Origin: a virus
DNA: 64,000 nucleotides
IMG/VR virus record: IMGVR_UViG_3300036790_000419
Coordinates: 84,914 to 148,913 of that record
Reading direction: 5' to 3' (one strand)
Part shown: piece by piece, positions 35,086 to 47,702 of the stretch
Layout of the letters: every line of letters starts with the position of its first letter
Numbering within the stretch: the stretch's first letter is position 1
Program-made: the position numbers and the translations under genes
Notes under the pieces: generated by a model
Database searches by the model: none
What the model saw: only the letters and a program-made list of their open reading frames with translations
What the model was told of the DNA's origin: nothing

Positions 35086-38000
35086 ATGGCTTACGAAGGT
35101 CCGTCTTACTGGTACGTGATCTACAAGGCCGTGGGTTTACCCAGGTGACTTCAGCGACCTGATGCGGGACGCGGCCGAGGCCAAGGCCGCGCTGCAGGGC
35201 ATGTCCGACGCGGTCAAGGCGGAAACCGCCGCTGAGGTGACCGGCTCTACGCAAGCCGCCACCGCGCGCCAGAAAGACATCGTCTCCATCCAGCAGGAGA
35301 CGCAGGCCCTGTCCCAGCTGGCCAACTCCGCCAAGCAGACCAACGTTCAGCTGCTCTACGGCGGCCGGAACGACATGACCCAGCACCTGAGCGACATGGC
35401 CCAGGAGCTGAATTACACCACGCTGCTCAACCGCCAGAAGTGGCTCGGGTTCTCCAGCGTGCAGCAGGCCATGTCGTACCGCCAGCAGATGTACAACCTG
35501 GCACTTCTCGAAAACAAGGCCCACTTTGCCGGGTACCTGACGGCCGACCAGTACCTGGGCTTCCTGCAGCGGGAGACCGCGCAGACCGCCGCGCTGTCCG
35601 CCGCCATCCGCGACCGCACCGCCGCCATCGGGTCCGAGACGGCGATGCTGCTCGCGCACACCAACGCCCTGCAGGGCACCAGTCAGACGGCGGGCAGCCT
35701 CGGCGAGGGGCTGACCGCGGTCGGTGCCTACAACGCGGCGCTGGTCGGGCTGCCGGACACGGTGACCACCAAGGCCGTGCTGGACGACAGCCAGGCGATG
35801 GCGCAGCTCGCCGCCTACCGGGCGGCGCTGACCGGGCTCCCGCACGCCGAGCGGATGGACATCGTGTCGGCGGCCACGCGCGCGGGAGGGGTCCCGCTCA
35901 CCCCGCAGCGCGCCGCGGCGCCGGTCGCCGCGCACCCGGGCATCGACTACGCGTCGGTCAACCGCATGCTGTCGCAGGCGGCCAGCCAGGCCCGCCCGGC
36001 CGCGAGCGCGCCACTGGCCCTCGGCGCCGCCGGGCAGTCCGGTGACGCCTTGTCGGCTGCCTCCGGCGAGGCCAGCGCGCTCGCGGCGTCGGTGTCGGCA
36101 CTGAGCGACAAGGCCGCTGTCTCCGCCGACGCGATCCGCAAGTTCCAGGACTCGCTCATGCTCGCCGCGGTGGACGCCCGCGCGCTGGAGCAGGGGCTGG
36201 GCCGCCTGACCGCCGCCGAGCAACTGCTCAGCGAGGCCAGCGGCAAGTTCGGCAGCGCCCAGGTGGGGCGCAGCAACCGGCGCAGGCAGCTCAGCCCGCA
36301 GGAGAGCCAGCAGGGTATCGCGGACGTCGCCGGGCTGCAGGACATCACCGGGGCGCTGCGCGGCGGGGAGATGTCCAATGCGCCGCGCGGCTACCCGCTG
36401 CCCGCGCCCGGCATGCGGATTGTCCCGCCCGCGCAGGGGGGCGGGGAGCAGGACCTGTGGGGCGCGCTCAGCAAGTACATGCAGCCGGCCAAGGCGGCAG
36501 CGCAGGTCAGCGTCGAGGGCGGCGAGCAGTCCGAGGCCGTGCTGGACAAGATCGCCGTCCAGATGCAGTGGCTGGACAAGGAGGACGCCCGGCCGCGCCT
36601 GGACCTGGAGGGCGGCCAGCAGGCCGTTACCGAGGCGGACCTGCTGGCCCGCGAGCTGGCCGAGCTGGACACGCGGTCGCGGCTGAACGTCGGCATCGGC
36701 TTCGAGGAGGTCGAGCAGGCCCGCCTGGAGACGGAGGCACTGGGCGAGGACCTGGCCGGCCTGCCCCGGGAAGTGGACACCGTGCTGGTGGTCGAGTCCA
36801 GCGGCGCGACGCGCGAAGTCCGCGACTACACCCGCGACATCCAGGACATCGAGCGCGAAGTGGGCACCCGCGCCGACTTCGAGGACGCTGACGCCGAGAA
36901 CGGCCTGTCGCGGTACCTGACGGCGCTCATCGAGGCGGTGCAGCACAAGTACGAGTTCTACGCCAGCTTCGATGACACCGCCGCCAAGGAGGAGCTGAGC
37001 GGCTGGATCCGGGAACTGGAGGAGGCCCGGGCGCAGGAGAACCGCATCACCGCCGGCATGGGCGGTGCCTCCGGCGGCGGGGGCGGGGGCGGGCCGCCAG
37101 CGGGAGCAGCCGGCGCGGGCGACGCGCCAGACCCGGGTGACGCCCGGGCGTGGGAGGAAATCGCCAAGGCGATGCGCGACGCGGACCAGTCCGCGATCGA
37201 CGCCAACCGCGCCCTGTACGACGTCAAGGCCGGGCTCGGCGGGATGGCCGACCCCGCCGCCAAGGCTGCCTCCGCGCTGAAGGCCGAGGGCGACGCCGCC
37301 GTCTACATGGGCTGGCGCATCGGGCTGCTGCGCACGCAGGTCCAGCTCTGGTCGGGCGTCTTCGGGGACACCAAGCTCATCGGCGAGGTGGCCCTGTGGC
37401 ACATCCTGCTGGACAGCGTCGTGGAGGTGCTGGCCCTGTGGGTGCCCGCCCTGGCGACCGCCGCGGCCGGGCTCATCGCGTTCGGCGCGGCCGGCTACCA
37501 GTCTTTTAAAGAGATAACCCAGCAGTGGATGACCCTGAGCACGGTCGGCACCGCGCTCAACACGACGATCCCGCCGCTGACTGACAGCTTCGCCAAGCTG
37601 CAGGCCGCGGTCCGGCCGCAGGTTTACGAGCTGCTCGGCGACTACCTGACCGCAGCGGGCGACAAGACCGGCGTCCTCGGCCAGCTCATCAACGAGACTG
37701 GCAGCTACCTCGACAAGTTCGCCGCCAAGGTCGTCGTCGCCATGCAGTCCGGCGGGACCGGGCTGCAGGACTTCCTGTCGGCCGGCGCGAAGGACCTCGC
37801 GCTCATCGGCCAGGGGTTCGCATCCCTGGGCGTCATCGTCGTCAAGTTCATCCAGGCCACGGCCATCACGCACATCGCCGAGGACCTGGCCGCGGTCGGC
37901 GACCTCATCCTCAGGGTCGCCGCCGACGTCGTGTCGATCGTGCCGACGCCGGTCCTGGCCCTCGTGCTGGCCCTGCACGGCGTCATCCTGTGGGGCGGCC

Positions 38001-41000
38001 TGGCGGCCGATGCCGTGGGCAAGGTGGTCATCGGCGTGGCCGGGCTGGCCGGCAAGCTGCCCGCCCTCAGCGCCGGGGCGGAGGCCGTAGCCCGCGCGCT
38101 GGGCGCGACCAACACCCAGCTGGTCAGTATCGCCAGGAGCAGCACCGAGGTCAGTGCCGTCTCCGACATGATGGGGGCGAAGGCCAGCGAGGAGGAGCTG
38201 GCCCAGCTCGCGATCTCCATCAAGGCCACCGGGCAGAGCGTCGAGGAGTTCGTGGCCTCGGCCGGCACCACCTCAGCGGCGCGGCTTGAGAGGTTCAGCA
38301 CCGGGCTGGACGACGCGGGCAAGAAGTCCGTCGCCCTGGGCATCGCCGCCGGCGCGAGCGACACCCAGCTGGCCGGGATGGCCACCCGGCTGGGCGGCAC
38401 CGCTGAGGAAGCGGGCGCGCTGGCCATCGAGGGCGGCGCGGCGGCCGAGGCGGTCGGCGCGGGCGGGGGCGGGCTGCTGGCCGCGCTCGGCAACCTTGTC
38501 CCGGTGCTGGGCAACGCCTACGTCGACCTCGGCCTGCTCGCTGCCGCCCTGGTCGGCCTCGGGGTGTACCTGGGGACCCGGGCCGACCAGACTAAGCAGT
38601 TCACCGACGCCATGGGGCAGGCCGTCGAGAAGGCGTCGCTGCTCACGGTGATTTCCACCACGGTCGGCAACCTGGCCGAGGTCACCACCACCCTCAACAA
38701 GGCCCAGGCCACCGGCGTCGGCAACGCCAGCGAGCTGGCCGCCTCCCAGTCCGACCTGTCCGGCAAGCTCCAGGAGGAGCTGACCCACGTCGGCGACGTG
38801 TCCAAGGCCTACGGGACGAACTTCGTCGGCTCACTGGCACTGATGAACGCCGCCGGCGTCACCACCAACCAGCTGTTCACCACCCAGGCAGGCGTCTGGG
38901 CCGTGGCGATGCAGCAGGTCAAGGGCCTCATCTCCGGCTACCAGGCCATGGGCCAGCAGATGGGGGCGGTCGGCGAGGACCTCAACGCGCTGAACCTGCA
39001 GAACTCGGCGCAGGCCGCGTCGATGGACAAGCTCAACCAGGCCTACGACGCGTGGACCAAGACCGTCGGCCAGGGCCCGAGCGCGTTCATCTCCATGGCC
39101 CAGGGCTTCGCCACCTTCCAGAAGGACGCGGCAGCGGCCGGGGCCTCGATGTCCGGCCTGAGCGCCACCAGCCTCACCCTGCAGAGCGACTTCCAGGCCA
39201 GCTACGGCGATGTCGAGTCCCTGTTCGACGCGTTCCGCAACGACCAGGCGCTCACCGGCACCGGTGACTTCACGTCCTTCGTCAAGGACGCCGTCGCCCA
39301 GCTGATTCCCATGGCGGGCGGGTCCAAGGAGGCCGCGGCCCAGATCTCGGCGCTGGCCCAGGAGGCCGGCGGCCCGGCCACGACCAGCATCAAGACCCTG
39401 CAGCAGTGGGTCGGCAACATCACTGACCCGCTGCAGAAGATGTACGACGCGACCAACAGCGAGTCGGACGCCGCCTCCAACCTGAGCCAGGACGCCGCCC
39501 GGCTGACTAACACGCTGCAGCAGCAGCTCAACCCCGCCATGGCGAGCGCCATCTTCAACGCGCACGGCGGCCAGGGGGTCTTCAACGCGTTCGCTGACGC
39601 GCTGGCTAAGTCCGGCCCGTCCAGCGCGGCCACCGTGACAGCGGCACACAACGTGGCCGCCGAGCTGCTGGCGGTGTCCGGCACCAGTGCGAGCGCCAAA
39701 GCCAGTTTCGTCGGCTTCGGCGAAGCGATGGGGCTGAGCACCAAGAAGGCCAACGCGCTGTGGGCTCAGGTCACCGCGCTCCCGAAGAACGTCACGACCA
39801 CCTACGAGCTGGACGCCACCGAGGCGCTCAAGAAGGCGGCCAAGCTCCAGGCCGAGCTACCGGGACTTACCGGGAAGAAAAAGCTTGAGGTCGAGGCACA
39901 GATCAAGGACCTGAAGCTGCAGGCCCTGCAGGACAAGCTCAAGGCGGCCAAGGGCGACGTCTCCGACCTCGACAACGCGAGCCTGAGCAAGCTGCGCGGC
40001 GAGCTGGCGAAGACGGCCAGCTCCACAGCGAACCTGGTCAAGCCGGGCGAGACCGACACGATTCTCAAGTCGTTCAAGGACGGCACGTTCTACGAGGCGA
40101 CGTTCCTCGCCTTCATCCCCCAGGTGCAGCGCGGCCTGGAGGTCATGAACCACGCGATCGGCCAGTTCTTCGTTCACGACATCCCGGAGGCACTCGGCGT
40201 CACCGGCCACGCCTTCGAGGCGGCGTGGGACGGGATGGTCAACTGGTTCACCCAGTCGGTGCCGCACGCGCTGGAAGCCGCCTGGGACACGGTCTCCGGC
40301 TTCTTTGACCGGGCGTTCACGCACGACATCCCCGAGGCCTGGGACCGGGCCTGGAACGACCTGGTCTCCCCGGTGACCCACGCGTTCGACTCGGTGAAAA
40401 CCTGGGTCTCCTCCAATTTCGACAACTGGTGGAAGACTCACGGCAGCGCCGTCGAGGCAGTCTGGAACGCGGTCTGGGGGCAGGTCCGCGGTGACGCCCT
40501 CGCCGCGTGGCACTTCATCGAGTCCGACGCGACTACCGCCTGGCACGTCGTCACCGCCCTGTTCACCAGCGGGCCCGCCAAGCAGCTCTGGAGCGGGTTC
40601 GCCAGTGCCGGCAAGGACGTCTGGAACGGGTTCACCGGGGCTGCCCGGGCCGCCTGGGGCCTGGCGGTCGCCGGCGCCAAGGGCGCGCTGAGCAACATCG
40701 AGGCCGTCTTCAAGGCCGGCTGGGCCGTCGTCGCCGCGCTCGGCAAGTCCGCCTGGGACCTGCTTTCGAATTTCATCGTTGCCGACGTGAAATCCGCCGC
40801 AGCCGTGGTCGAGGCCGTCTTCAAGGTGGCCTGGGCCGTGGTGGAGGCCGCGGGCAAGATCATCTGGGACACCCTGGTCCTGGTAATCAACGAGTTCCTG
40901 GACATCGTCACCGGCCACTGGCAGACCGCGTGGAAAGACCTGCAGGCCTACGCCGTTCAGGTGTGGAACGCGATCAGGACCGCCGGCATCCAGGTGTGGA

Positions 41001-43687
41001 ACGCGCTTTCGAGTGCGGCCACCCAGGTCTGGAACAACATCTGGAACGCGGTCAAGACCTCGGCCACCCAGGTCTGGAACGCGCTGCGCACCGGCGGCCA
41101 GCAGGCGTGGTCCGCGATCTGGCACTCGCTGGACGCCACGGTCATCCAGCCGATGCAGCGGTTTTTCACCGGCACCGTCCCCGGCTGGTGGAACTCGCTG
41201 GCAGGCAAGTGGAAGTCCATGTGGTCGAGCGCGTGGACCACCTTCAACAGCGACATCCTGAGCCCGATCGAGAAGTTCTTCACCTCAACGCTGCCGACCG
41301 CGATGGAGAACTCCCTCAAGGGCGGCATCAACCACGTCATCGACGACATCAACAAGGTCATCGGCTTCATCAACGCCGTGACCTCGGTGGTGGGCGTCCA
41401 CATCGGCACCATCTCCCACCTGGCGTCGGGCGGCGCGGTGCGGATGGCCGCGGGCTCGGTGCCGGGCACCGGCGACGAGGACGGCACGCACATCATCGCC
41501 ATGGGCGGCGAGTACATGCTGCGCAAGCCCGCCCGGATGGCGCTGCAGCAGGAGTACGGGCCAGGCTTCCTGGACCGCCTGAACCAGGCGGACAGCTGGC
41601 TGGGCGCCGGCTCGCGCGGCAACGCGGCGTCGCAGCGCCGCCCCGGCGGCGGCCGGTACGCCAGTGGCGGCGGGATCCTCGGTGACATCGGCAACTGGGT
41701 CGGCGACGCGGCCAGCGCCGTGGCGGGGGCGGCCACCGACGTCTGGCACGGGATCAGCGACGCGGCCGGCGAGGTGGCCAAGTTCGGCGAGAAGGCCGTC
41801 TTCAACGCGATGTGGACCGTCTCCGGCGCCCCGGCGGAAAAGGCCATGGAGGCACTCGGCACCCCTGGCGACATGGGCGCGTCCTGGCTGCAGCAGGTCC
41901 ACAACGGCGTCGAAACCTGGATGACCGCCCAGACCTCGAAGGCCGCGGCCCAGGCCGGCGGCCCGGCCGGCGGCGCGACCGGCAGCGACATGGCCAACGG
42001 CCGGGAGCTGTACAACTACCTGCTGAGGAACCTGTTCGGCGGGAACAAGATAGCGGCGGCCGGGGCAGCTGCTAGCATCTGGGGCGAAAGTTCCTGGAAC
42101 CCGTTCGCGCAGGGTACCGGGGGCCGCGGCCTGATCGGCTGGACCCCGCCGAGCACCATCAGCGACGCCGACTTCAAGGGCGGCATGGCCACCCAGCTGC
42201 CGGCCATCCTGCGGTTCGTGACCTCCAGCGGGGACGCCGGCGTCATCGCGGAGATGTTCCAGGCTGGCAGCGTGCTGCAGGCGGCCAACGAGTGGGGGGT
42301 GGGCGTCGAGCGGTTCGGCATCAACGACGTGCACCCGGAGGGCGTCGCGCTGGCGTCCTCGTTCATGGCGGGCGGCGGGCCGGTGGCGGACGCGATCCGG
42401 TCGGTGACCTCCAACCTCAGCAACCAGGAGGCGATGGCAGTCAGCTCCTGGCTGCTGACCAGGATGAACCCGGCCGGGTCTGACACCGCGCACGGGGCGT
42501 ACGGCGCGTGGCTGCTGCCGCTGGCCAGGAACAAGGGCCTCACCCAGGCGCAGGCGCAGAACCCGCTGACCGAGGCACGCCTGGTGGCCCCTGTCTACGC
42601 CAAGGCGGTTCTCGGGTCCACCCCGGCCGCCTGGAAGGCGACCCCCGCGCAGGCGGCGGAGAAGGCCTACGCGGCGGCGAGCCAGTCCCTGGGCGTCCGC
42701 TGGGCCACCCCGGCCGCCGGCACCCTGGCGGCGGCCTGGAACGCCGTCTCCCAGGCACTCGGCCCGGCCGTGCCGCAGACCACCGCGGGCACCAGCTCCG
42801 CAAGCACCGCGGCCTACCAGGCCGCCGCCGCGCAGTTGTACCCCGACTGGGAGGGCGCGCTCGGCCCGTGGCACAGCCTGTACGCGCTAAAGCAGCCCAA
42901 GGGCACCCCGGCCGCGGACTGGGCGACGTGGCTGGCGCAGCGCGCCGTCGTGCAGAACCGGGTGGGCACCGCCAGCAGCTACATCGCGCCGCTGTTCACC
43001 GACCTGAAGGCCAACCCGCAGGAGCTGACGGCGGCCACGTGGTCGAACGCCGACTCCTCGGTCCGGCGCTGGCAGGCGGCGATGGACGTGGCCGGCTGGG
43101 CGAAGTCCAAGGAGGCCCAGTACTACAGCCCGGTCCAGTCGAACCTGGCGAAGCTGGAGCCGGAGATCATCGCGGCGGCCAACGCGTGGCACCAGGTGTG
43201 GGGCACCACGCACACCCCGGCCCCGGGGGACGGGTCCTCCGGGGGAGGCGGCGGGGGAACAGGGACCACCGGGCCGGGCTCCGGGCCGGGCGGCGGCGCC
43301 GGGCCCACCGTCATCGACCTCGCCCCGCTCATCACCGGCGGCCCGAAGGTGACCAACGCCGGCGACTACGGCTTCACCGTCGCCACCGGGGGCGGCGTCC
43401 CGGCGCTCGGCAGCGTGGCGGGGATGTTCAGCGGCGGCATGGGCATGGCGGCCGGCGGGGTGGTGCCTAACCTGTTCGTGCCGGGCCTGTCGGCTAACCT
43501 GTCGCGCCAGCTGACGGCCGCCACCTCGGGCCAGCTGCCGCGCACCCTGTCGGACGCGGCCGGCAACCGGGTGGGCCTGCACGTAGATCAGTTGAATATT
43601 TCGAATCCTGTTGGCCAGACCACTGAAGAATCGATAATTCGAACGAGCAACCGGCTGGCGTTCCTCGGGGGGCGCGGAATGATATGA
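35086..43687 (+). CDS. tape measure protein with lysozyme-like domain; frame discontinuity near 35134-35143
   Basis: 2841-aa ORF from 35162; W-periodic helical repeats; IWGESSWNP..GRGLIGWT domain; SD-led ATG 35086 lies in a different frame. Confidence 0.9.
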
Positions 43688-43707
43688 GCGGGGCGTAGCA
43701 GGAAGGC

Positions 43708-44220
43708 ATGGCACCTCCTCGCATACCCGTAGAAGTCCGCTTTTGGCGGAACGTCGAACGGCGCAGCTTCGCGGAGTGCTGACCCTGGCTGCTGACCACG
43801 GATAAGCGCGGTCGTGGTGTTTTTGGGCTTCATGCTGGCGAGCTTGAGGCTTTGCATACAGGCACTTACCTACCTGCGAGGGTGGCATACCGCCTCTTGT
43901 GGGGCCGTTGGCCTGACCCGCAGGCTCTCCATGGGTGTGACAACCCGCCGTGCTGCAACGCAGAGAACCCAGAGCACATCCACGAGGGAACACAGTTGCA
44001 GAACATGCAGGAGATGAACAGCCGGGGTCGTCATGCACATGGCTACTCCCTGAGCGCCCGTGCTGGTGAGCGACACCCGCTAGCGAGGCTCACGCAGGAG
44101 CAGGCAGATGAGATGCGACAGCTTGCCGGGGGCGTTAGCCGGAAGGACTTGGCCGTCATGTTCAACATCTCCCTGTCTCAGGTGGGCATGGTCTTGCGGG
44201 GCGAGTCGTACCGGCGATTA
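43708..44220 (+). pseudogene. HNH homing endonuclease with in-frame TGA
   Basis: RFWRNV..EC*PW..LHGCDNPPCCN..H..GT..N plus C-terminal HTH; TGA at 43780; frame stays open to 44466, end approximate. Confidence 0.75.
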
Positions 44221-44227
44221 GCCGTGT

Positions 44228-45088
44228 ATGCCCCAGGCTCCTGTTGCCGCGTTCTCCCCCAACGAGCTGTGGTTTTGGAACGGAATGCCACTGAATCAAC
44301 CGTTTTGGAACATCGCTACCTTCGGCGGCTCGCGGTTCGGCCTGCCCACATTGCGCGGCCAGGACTACCAGGTGCCCTACCGGGCCGGGCAGAGCTGGCG
44401 GGCGAAGTACCCCGACGAGCGCACCGTCACGCTCACCATGTGGACCGACAGCCAGATGTCGGGTAACCAGTCCTACCCCGCGTCTGACCCGCGCCGCGCG
44501 TTCAACGACAACTGGCAGGCGTTGCGGCAGGCGTTCTGGACCCGGGGCGTGCAGGGCAGCGTGCAAGGCCAGCTCACCCGCAACTGGTTCCTGACGGTGG
44601 GCGGCACGCCGGTCATGGTGCAGTCCACCGCCATGGCCGAGATCGCCGGCAGCATGGATCCGACGATGAACGGCCGCCTGAGCGCTGCGTTTTCCGTGGA
44701 CCTGCTCCTTGCGGACCCGTATTTCGCAGGGGGCCAGGTTACGCAGGCCGTAACAGGCAGCGGCACTGTCGTCAACCCCGGCGAGGGGGTGGCAGGGGAG
44801 AACTTCGCCAGTGCGGTCAACAGCTTCACTGTGGCCATCTCCGCAGCCTGCACGGTCACCAATTCCACAGCTGGGGTGTCGTTCACTCACAACGGGTCCG
44901 GGGTGGTGTCCTGGCCAGTCACCGTGGACGTACTGCGTGCCACGGCCGCGGACCACGCGGGAAACAACGTGATCGGCGGCTTGAGCCACACTGGTGCCCG
45001 GATGTTCATGGCTTTGCTTAACGGGTCGAACACGATCCTGGTCTCCGCTGGCACAGCGACGCTGGCTTACAACCCCCCGTATGTCTGA
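44228..45088 (+). CDS. distal tail (Dit-like) protein
   Basis: First structural gene after the tape measure; LLADPYF..LLNGSNTI. Confidence 0.75.
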   Translation: MPQAPVAAFSPNELWFWNGMPLNQPFWNIATFGGSRFGLPTLRGQDYQVPYRAGQSWRAKYPDERTVTLTMWTDSQMSGNQSYPASDPRRAFNDNWQALRQAFWTRGVQGSVQGQLTRNWFLTVGGTPVMVQSTAMAEIAGSMDPTMNGRLSAAFSVDLLLADPYFAGGQVTQAVTGSGTVVNPGEGVAGENFASAVNSFTVAISAACTVTNSTAGVSFTHNGSGVVSWPVTVDVLRATAADHAGNNVIGGLSHTGARMFMALLNGSNTILVSAGTATLAYNPPYV

Positions 45089-45182
45089 TGCTGCTGAAGA
45101 CGAGGCCGCTCGCGGTCGCCGCTTAACGCTTGCCGATTACGCCCCCAGAGTCCCAACGAGGATCGAGGGGGTGTAACGCAGC

Positions 45183-46097
45183 GTGGTGCAGTGGAGGTAC
45201 TACAGTAACACGGCTGTTCAGGACACCCTGGCTTCGGCTGTTAACACCTCGGTCACCTCGCTTGTCACCGGCTCCGGTGCCCCGCAGGGCTACCCGGTCA
45301 GCTTCCCGTTCACCTTGTCGCTGGAGCCGGGCACCGCTAACTTCGAGCTGGTCTCCGCCACCGCCGGCGCGGGCACCAGTGCCAGCCCGTGGACCGTGAC
45401 GCGCGGCTACGACGGAACCCTGGCCAGGGCTCACGCCGCCGGGTCCGTCCTCGTGCACTCCTGGAGCGCGGGCGACCTCACCGAGGCGGCGGAGCACTAC
45501 GCGATGGGCTCCGGCTCGGGGGTGCACGGCCTGCCCGCCTCAGCGTGGGCGGGCAACGCGGCGGTCACCGTCAACGAGGTCACGCTGGCGAACTCGACCA
45601 CCAACGTGGTGAGCTGGTCGGGCATCCCGGCCACTTACCAGCACCTGCTTATCCTGGTGCAGGCCCGGCTGACCGAGACCACCGCGCTGGCCGACGACGT
45701 CACGCTGACGTTCAACGGCGATACCGGCGCGCACTACTCCAGCCTCACCGTGTCGGCGACCAACACCTCCGGCTCGCTGGTCGGCCCGGCCGCGGCCACC
45801 GCCTTCGCCACGGCGAACATCCCGGCCTTCCGGGTGGCCGCCAGCCAGGCCGGGGCCCCGGCCAACGCGGGCAGCGGCTTCGCGTGGATCCCGAACTACG
45901 CCTCGGCCGCCTTCAACAAGAACGTCCTCGCCATGTCCGGAGCCGGCAACGGCACCTCCGCCATGGTCGACGGGCGGCTGCGCTGGGGCTTCTGGAACCC
46001 GTCCTCGCAGGCGGCGGTGACCGCCGTGTCGCTGACCGCCCCGGCCGGGTCCAACTTCCTGACTGGCAGCCAGTTCGCGCTGTACGGGGTGGGCTGA
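45183..46097 (+). CDS. minor tail protein
   Basis: WTVTRGYDGT..HAAG; GIPATYQHL..GSQFALYG. Confidence 0.7.
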   Translation: MVQWRYYSNTAVQDTLASAVNTSVTSLVTGSGAPQGYPVSFPFTLSLEPGTANFELVSATAGAGTSASPWTVTRGYDGTLARAHAAGSVLVHSWSAGDLTEAAEHYAMGSGSGVHGLPASAWAGNAAVTVNEVTLANSTTNVVSWSGIPATYQHLLILVQARLTETTALADDVTLTFNGDTGAHYSSLTVSATNTSGSLVGPAAATAFATANIPAFRVAASQAGAPANAGSGFAWIPNYASAAFNKNVLAMSGAGNGTSAMVDGRLRWGFWNPSSQAAVTAVSLTAPAGSNFLTGSQFALYGVG

Positions 46098-46327
46098 TGG
46101 CGACTGAGCGGATCGTCGACCTGGAGAACCAGCGCTACGCGGACCGCGAGTACGAGGGGCTGGTTCCCGAGAGCGCCGCTGCTGCTGAGGAAGCCAGCCG
46201 CGAGCGGCAGGCCCTGGCCCTGGCCCGGCTGCGCAAGCGGGTGCGCGAGCCCGCCAGCCCGAGGACCTTCCTGACTCTCTCCGACCTGACTGACCTGCTT
46301 ATCGTGCTGGGAGTGGACGACTGGTGA
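46097..46327 (+). CDS. small tail-associated protein
   Basis: TGATG coupled. Confidence 0.55.
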   Translation: MATERIVDLENQRYADREYEGLVPESAAAAEEASRERQALALARLRKRVREPASPRTFLTLSDLTDLLIVLGVDDW

Positions 46328-46479
46328 GCGAAACCGTGACCGTGACCGATTACGACGAGTACCGGGTGAGCGAGGGCCTGGAGCTGGGCTTGCGCGGCAC
46401 CAGGTTCGTCCCGTACCCGGCAACCCCCGGGCCACGCCCGCGTCCCGAGAATGCCGAGGGGCCACATGACGTCCGGTGA
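46324..46479 (+). CDS. 51-aa hypothetical protein
   Basis: GTGA coupled. Confidence 0.4.
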   Translation: MSETVTVTDYDEYRVSEGLELGLRGTRFVPYPATPGPRPRPENAEGPHDVR

Positions 46480-47155
46480 TTTTGCAGGAGCAGCTGAGCA
46501 GCTTCGCGTCGGGGCCAGTATCCCGCTAGGCGAGTTCGTCCGCGTGCGCACCTCACTCAACGTGAAGCGGTGGGACGCTGACCAGACCGAGTGGGCCCTC
46601 CGCAAGCTCGACCGTGACACGCTGGGCCTGCTCAAGGCGGGCCGGGACGTCACCATCTCTGCGGAGACGTTCGCCCGTCTCGGGGTGGCCCCGTACTCCG
46701 AGACGCAGGACGACGACTGCAACCTGGTGACGCAGGCCGGCTGGGTGGCTATCCTCGGCTCGGTTGCCGGCACGTCGATCGCCACCAAGTTCAGCGCGAC
46801 CGCCGGGCGCGTCGGGGCTGGCACCGTTAGCACCACTGCCACCTACGCCGATGCGCACCTGGGCGGGGACGGCAACTCGACCACCGCTTGGTACAAGCTG
46901 GTCTCCGGAGCCCCCGCCATCTCCACTGGCTCCTCGCCACCCACCCTGGCCTTCGCCGCGACGTTCGGCACGTCGGCGGGTAACTTCGCGTGGGCCGAGT
47001 TCGGCACCGACAACGGGACGGCCGACTCTAACACGGTCTCCGGCGTGTTCCTGAACCACGGCATCAGCGCGCAGGGCACCAAGGTCAGCGGCCAGACCTG
47101 GACCGCGACAGAGACCCTGACGTTCGGCTTTGCGCCACTAGTGGACATTAGTTAG
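46466..47155 (+). CDS. minor tail protein
   Basis: NLVTQAGW..ATFGTSAGNFAWAEFG. Confidence 0.7.
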   Translation: MTSGDFAGAAEQLRVGASIPLGEFVRVRTSLNVKRWDADQTEWALRKLDRDTLGLLKAGRDVTISAETFARLGVAPYSETQDDDCNLVTQAGWVAILGSVAGTSIATKFSATAGRVGAGTVSTTATYADAHLGGDGNSTTAWYKLVSGAPAISTGSSPPTLAFAATFGTSAGNFAWAEFGTDNGTADSNTVSGVFLNHGISAQGTKVSGQTWTATETLTFGFAPLVDIS

Positions 47156-47215
47156 CTGCCTTTAGGAGACCTCACATGATCATCGCTATAAATTTGAGAA
47201 AGGAGTTCCTGAAAG

Positions 47216-47629
47216 ATGAATTTTCCGTTCATTGGTGCCGCAAGCGGCGTTGAAGGAGTTCTAATCCCTGGGGGCATTCCGGGTTACAAGATCTCTCTTC
47301 GCGGGTTGCAAGTTACGGTGCAGTCAGCCCCGGTCGTTTCGGGGCCAGCCACGTTGGCCCTTAGTCAGCTCGCTACTGTCGACAACAAGCAGGGGCGGGG
47401 CCCTAACGGGAGTTTCGTTCTTACGTTCTTGCCGTCTACCACAAAAGCCCTCTACTTCTCGTATGAGTTCCCCGAAGGCTGCGTAGAGACCATTGGGTTT
47501 CCTGTTGAGGACATCCAAGGGCCGCCCGGTCAGCCATACAGCATCACCTGGGCAGTAACGCCTTCCGGGACAGACGACCTCAATGTAGATCTCGCCTACT
47601 GGGGGCAGTTTGTGCCCATCTCGGGATAA
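47216..47629 (+). CDS. low-GC inserted hypothetical protein
   Basis: AT-rich leader, SD AAGGAG, atypical codon usage. Confidence 0.6.
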   Translation: MNFPFIGAASGVEGVLIPGGIPGYKISLRGLQVTVQSAPVVSGPATLALSQLATVDNKQGRGPNGSFVLTFLPSTTKALYFSYEFPEGCVETIGFPVEDIQGPPGQPYSITWAVTPSGTDDLNVDLAYWGQFVPISG

Positions 47630-47702
47630 TTGTTCCGGCTAGGCGCAAACCGTCGTCGCAATTGCCCGAAAGTCCGGCAGGAGGTGAGGCGGTGATGTCC
47701 CG

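Noticed and set aside
35039-44038. Long antisense and alternate-frame ORFs (e.g. 979 aa at 35039-37978, 677 aa at 60134-62167)
   Set aside because: Shadow ORFs expected opposite GC3-rich genes; no recognisable motifs.
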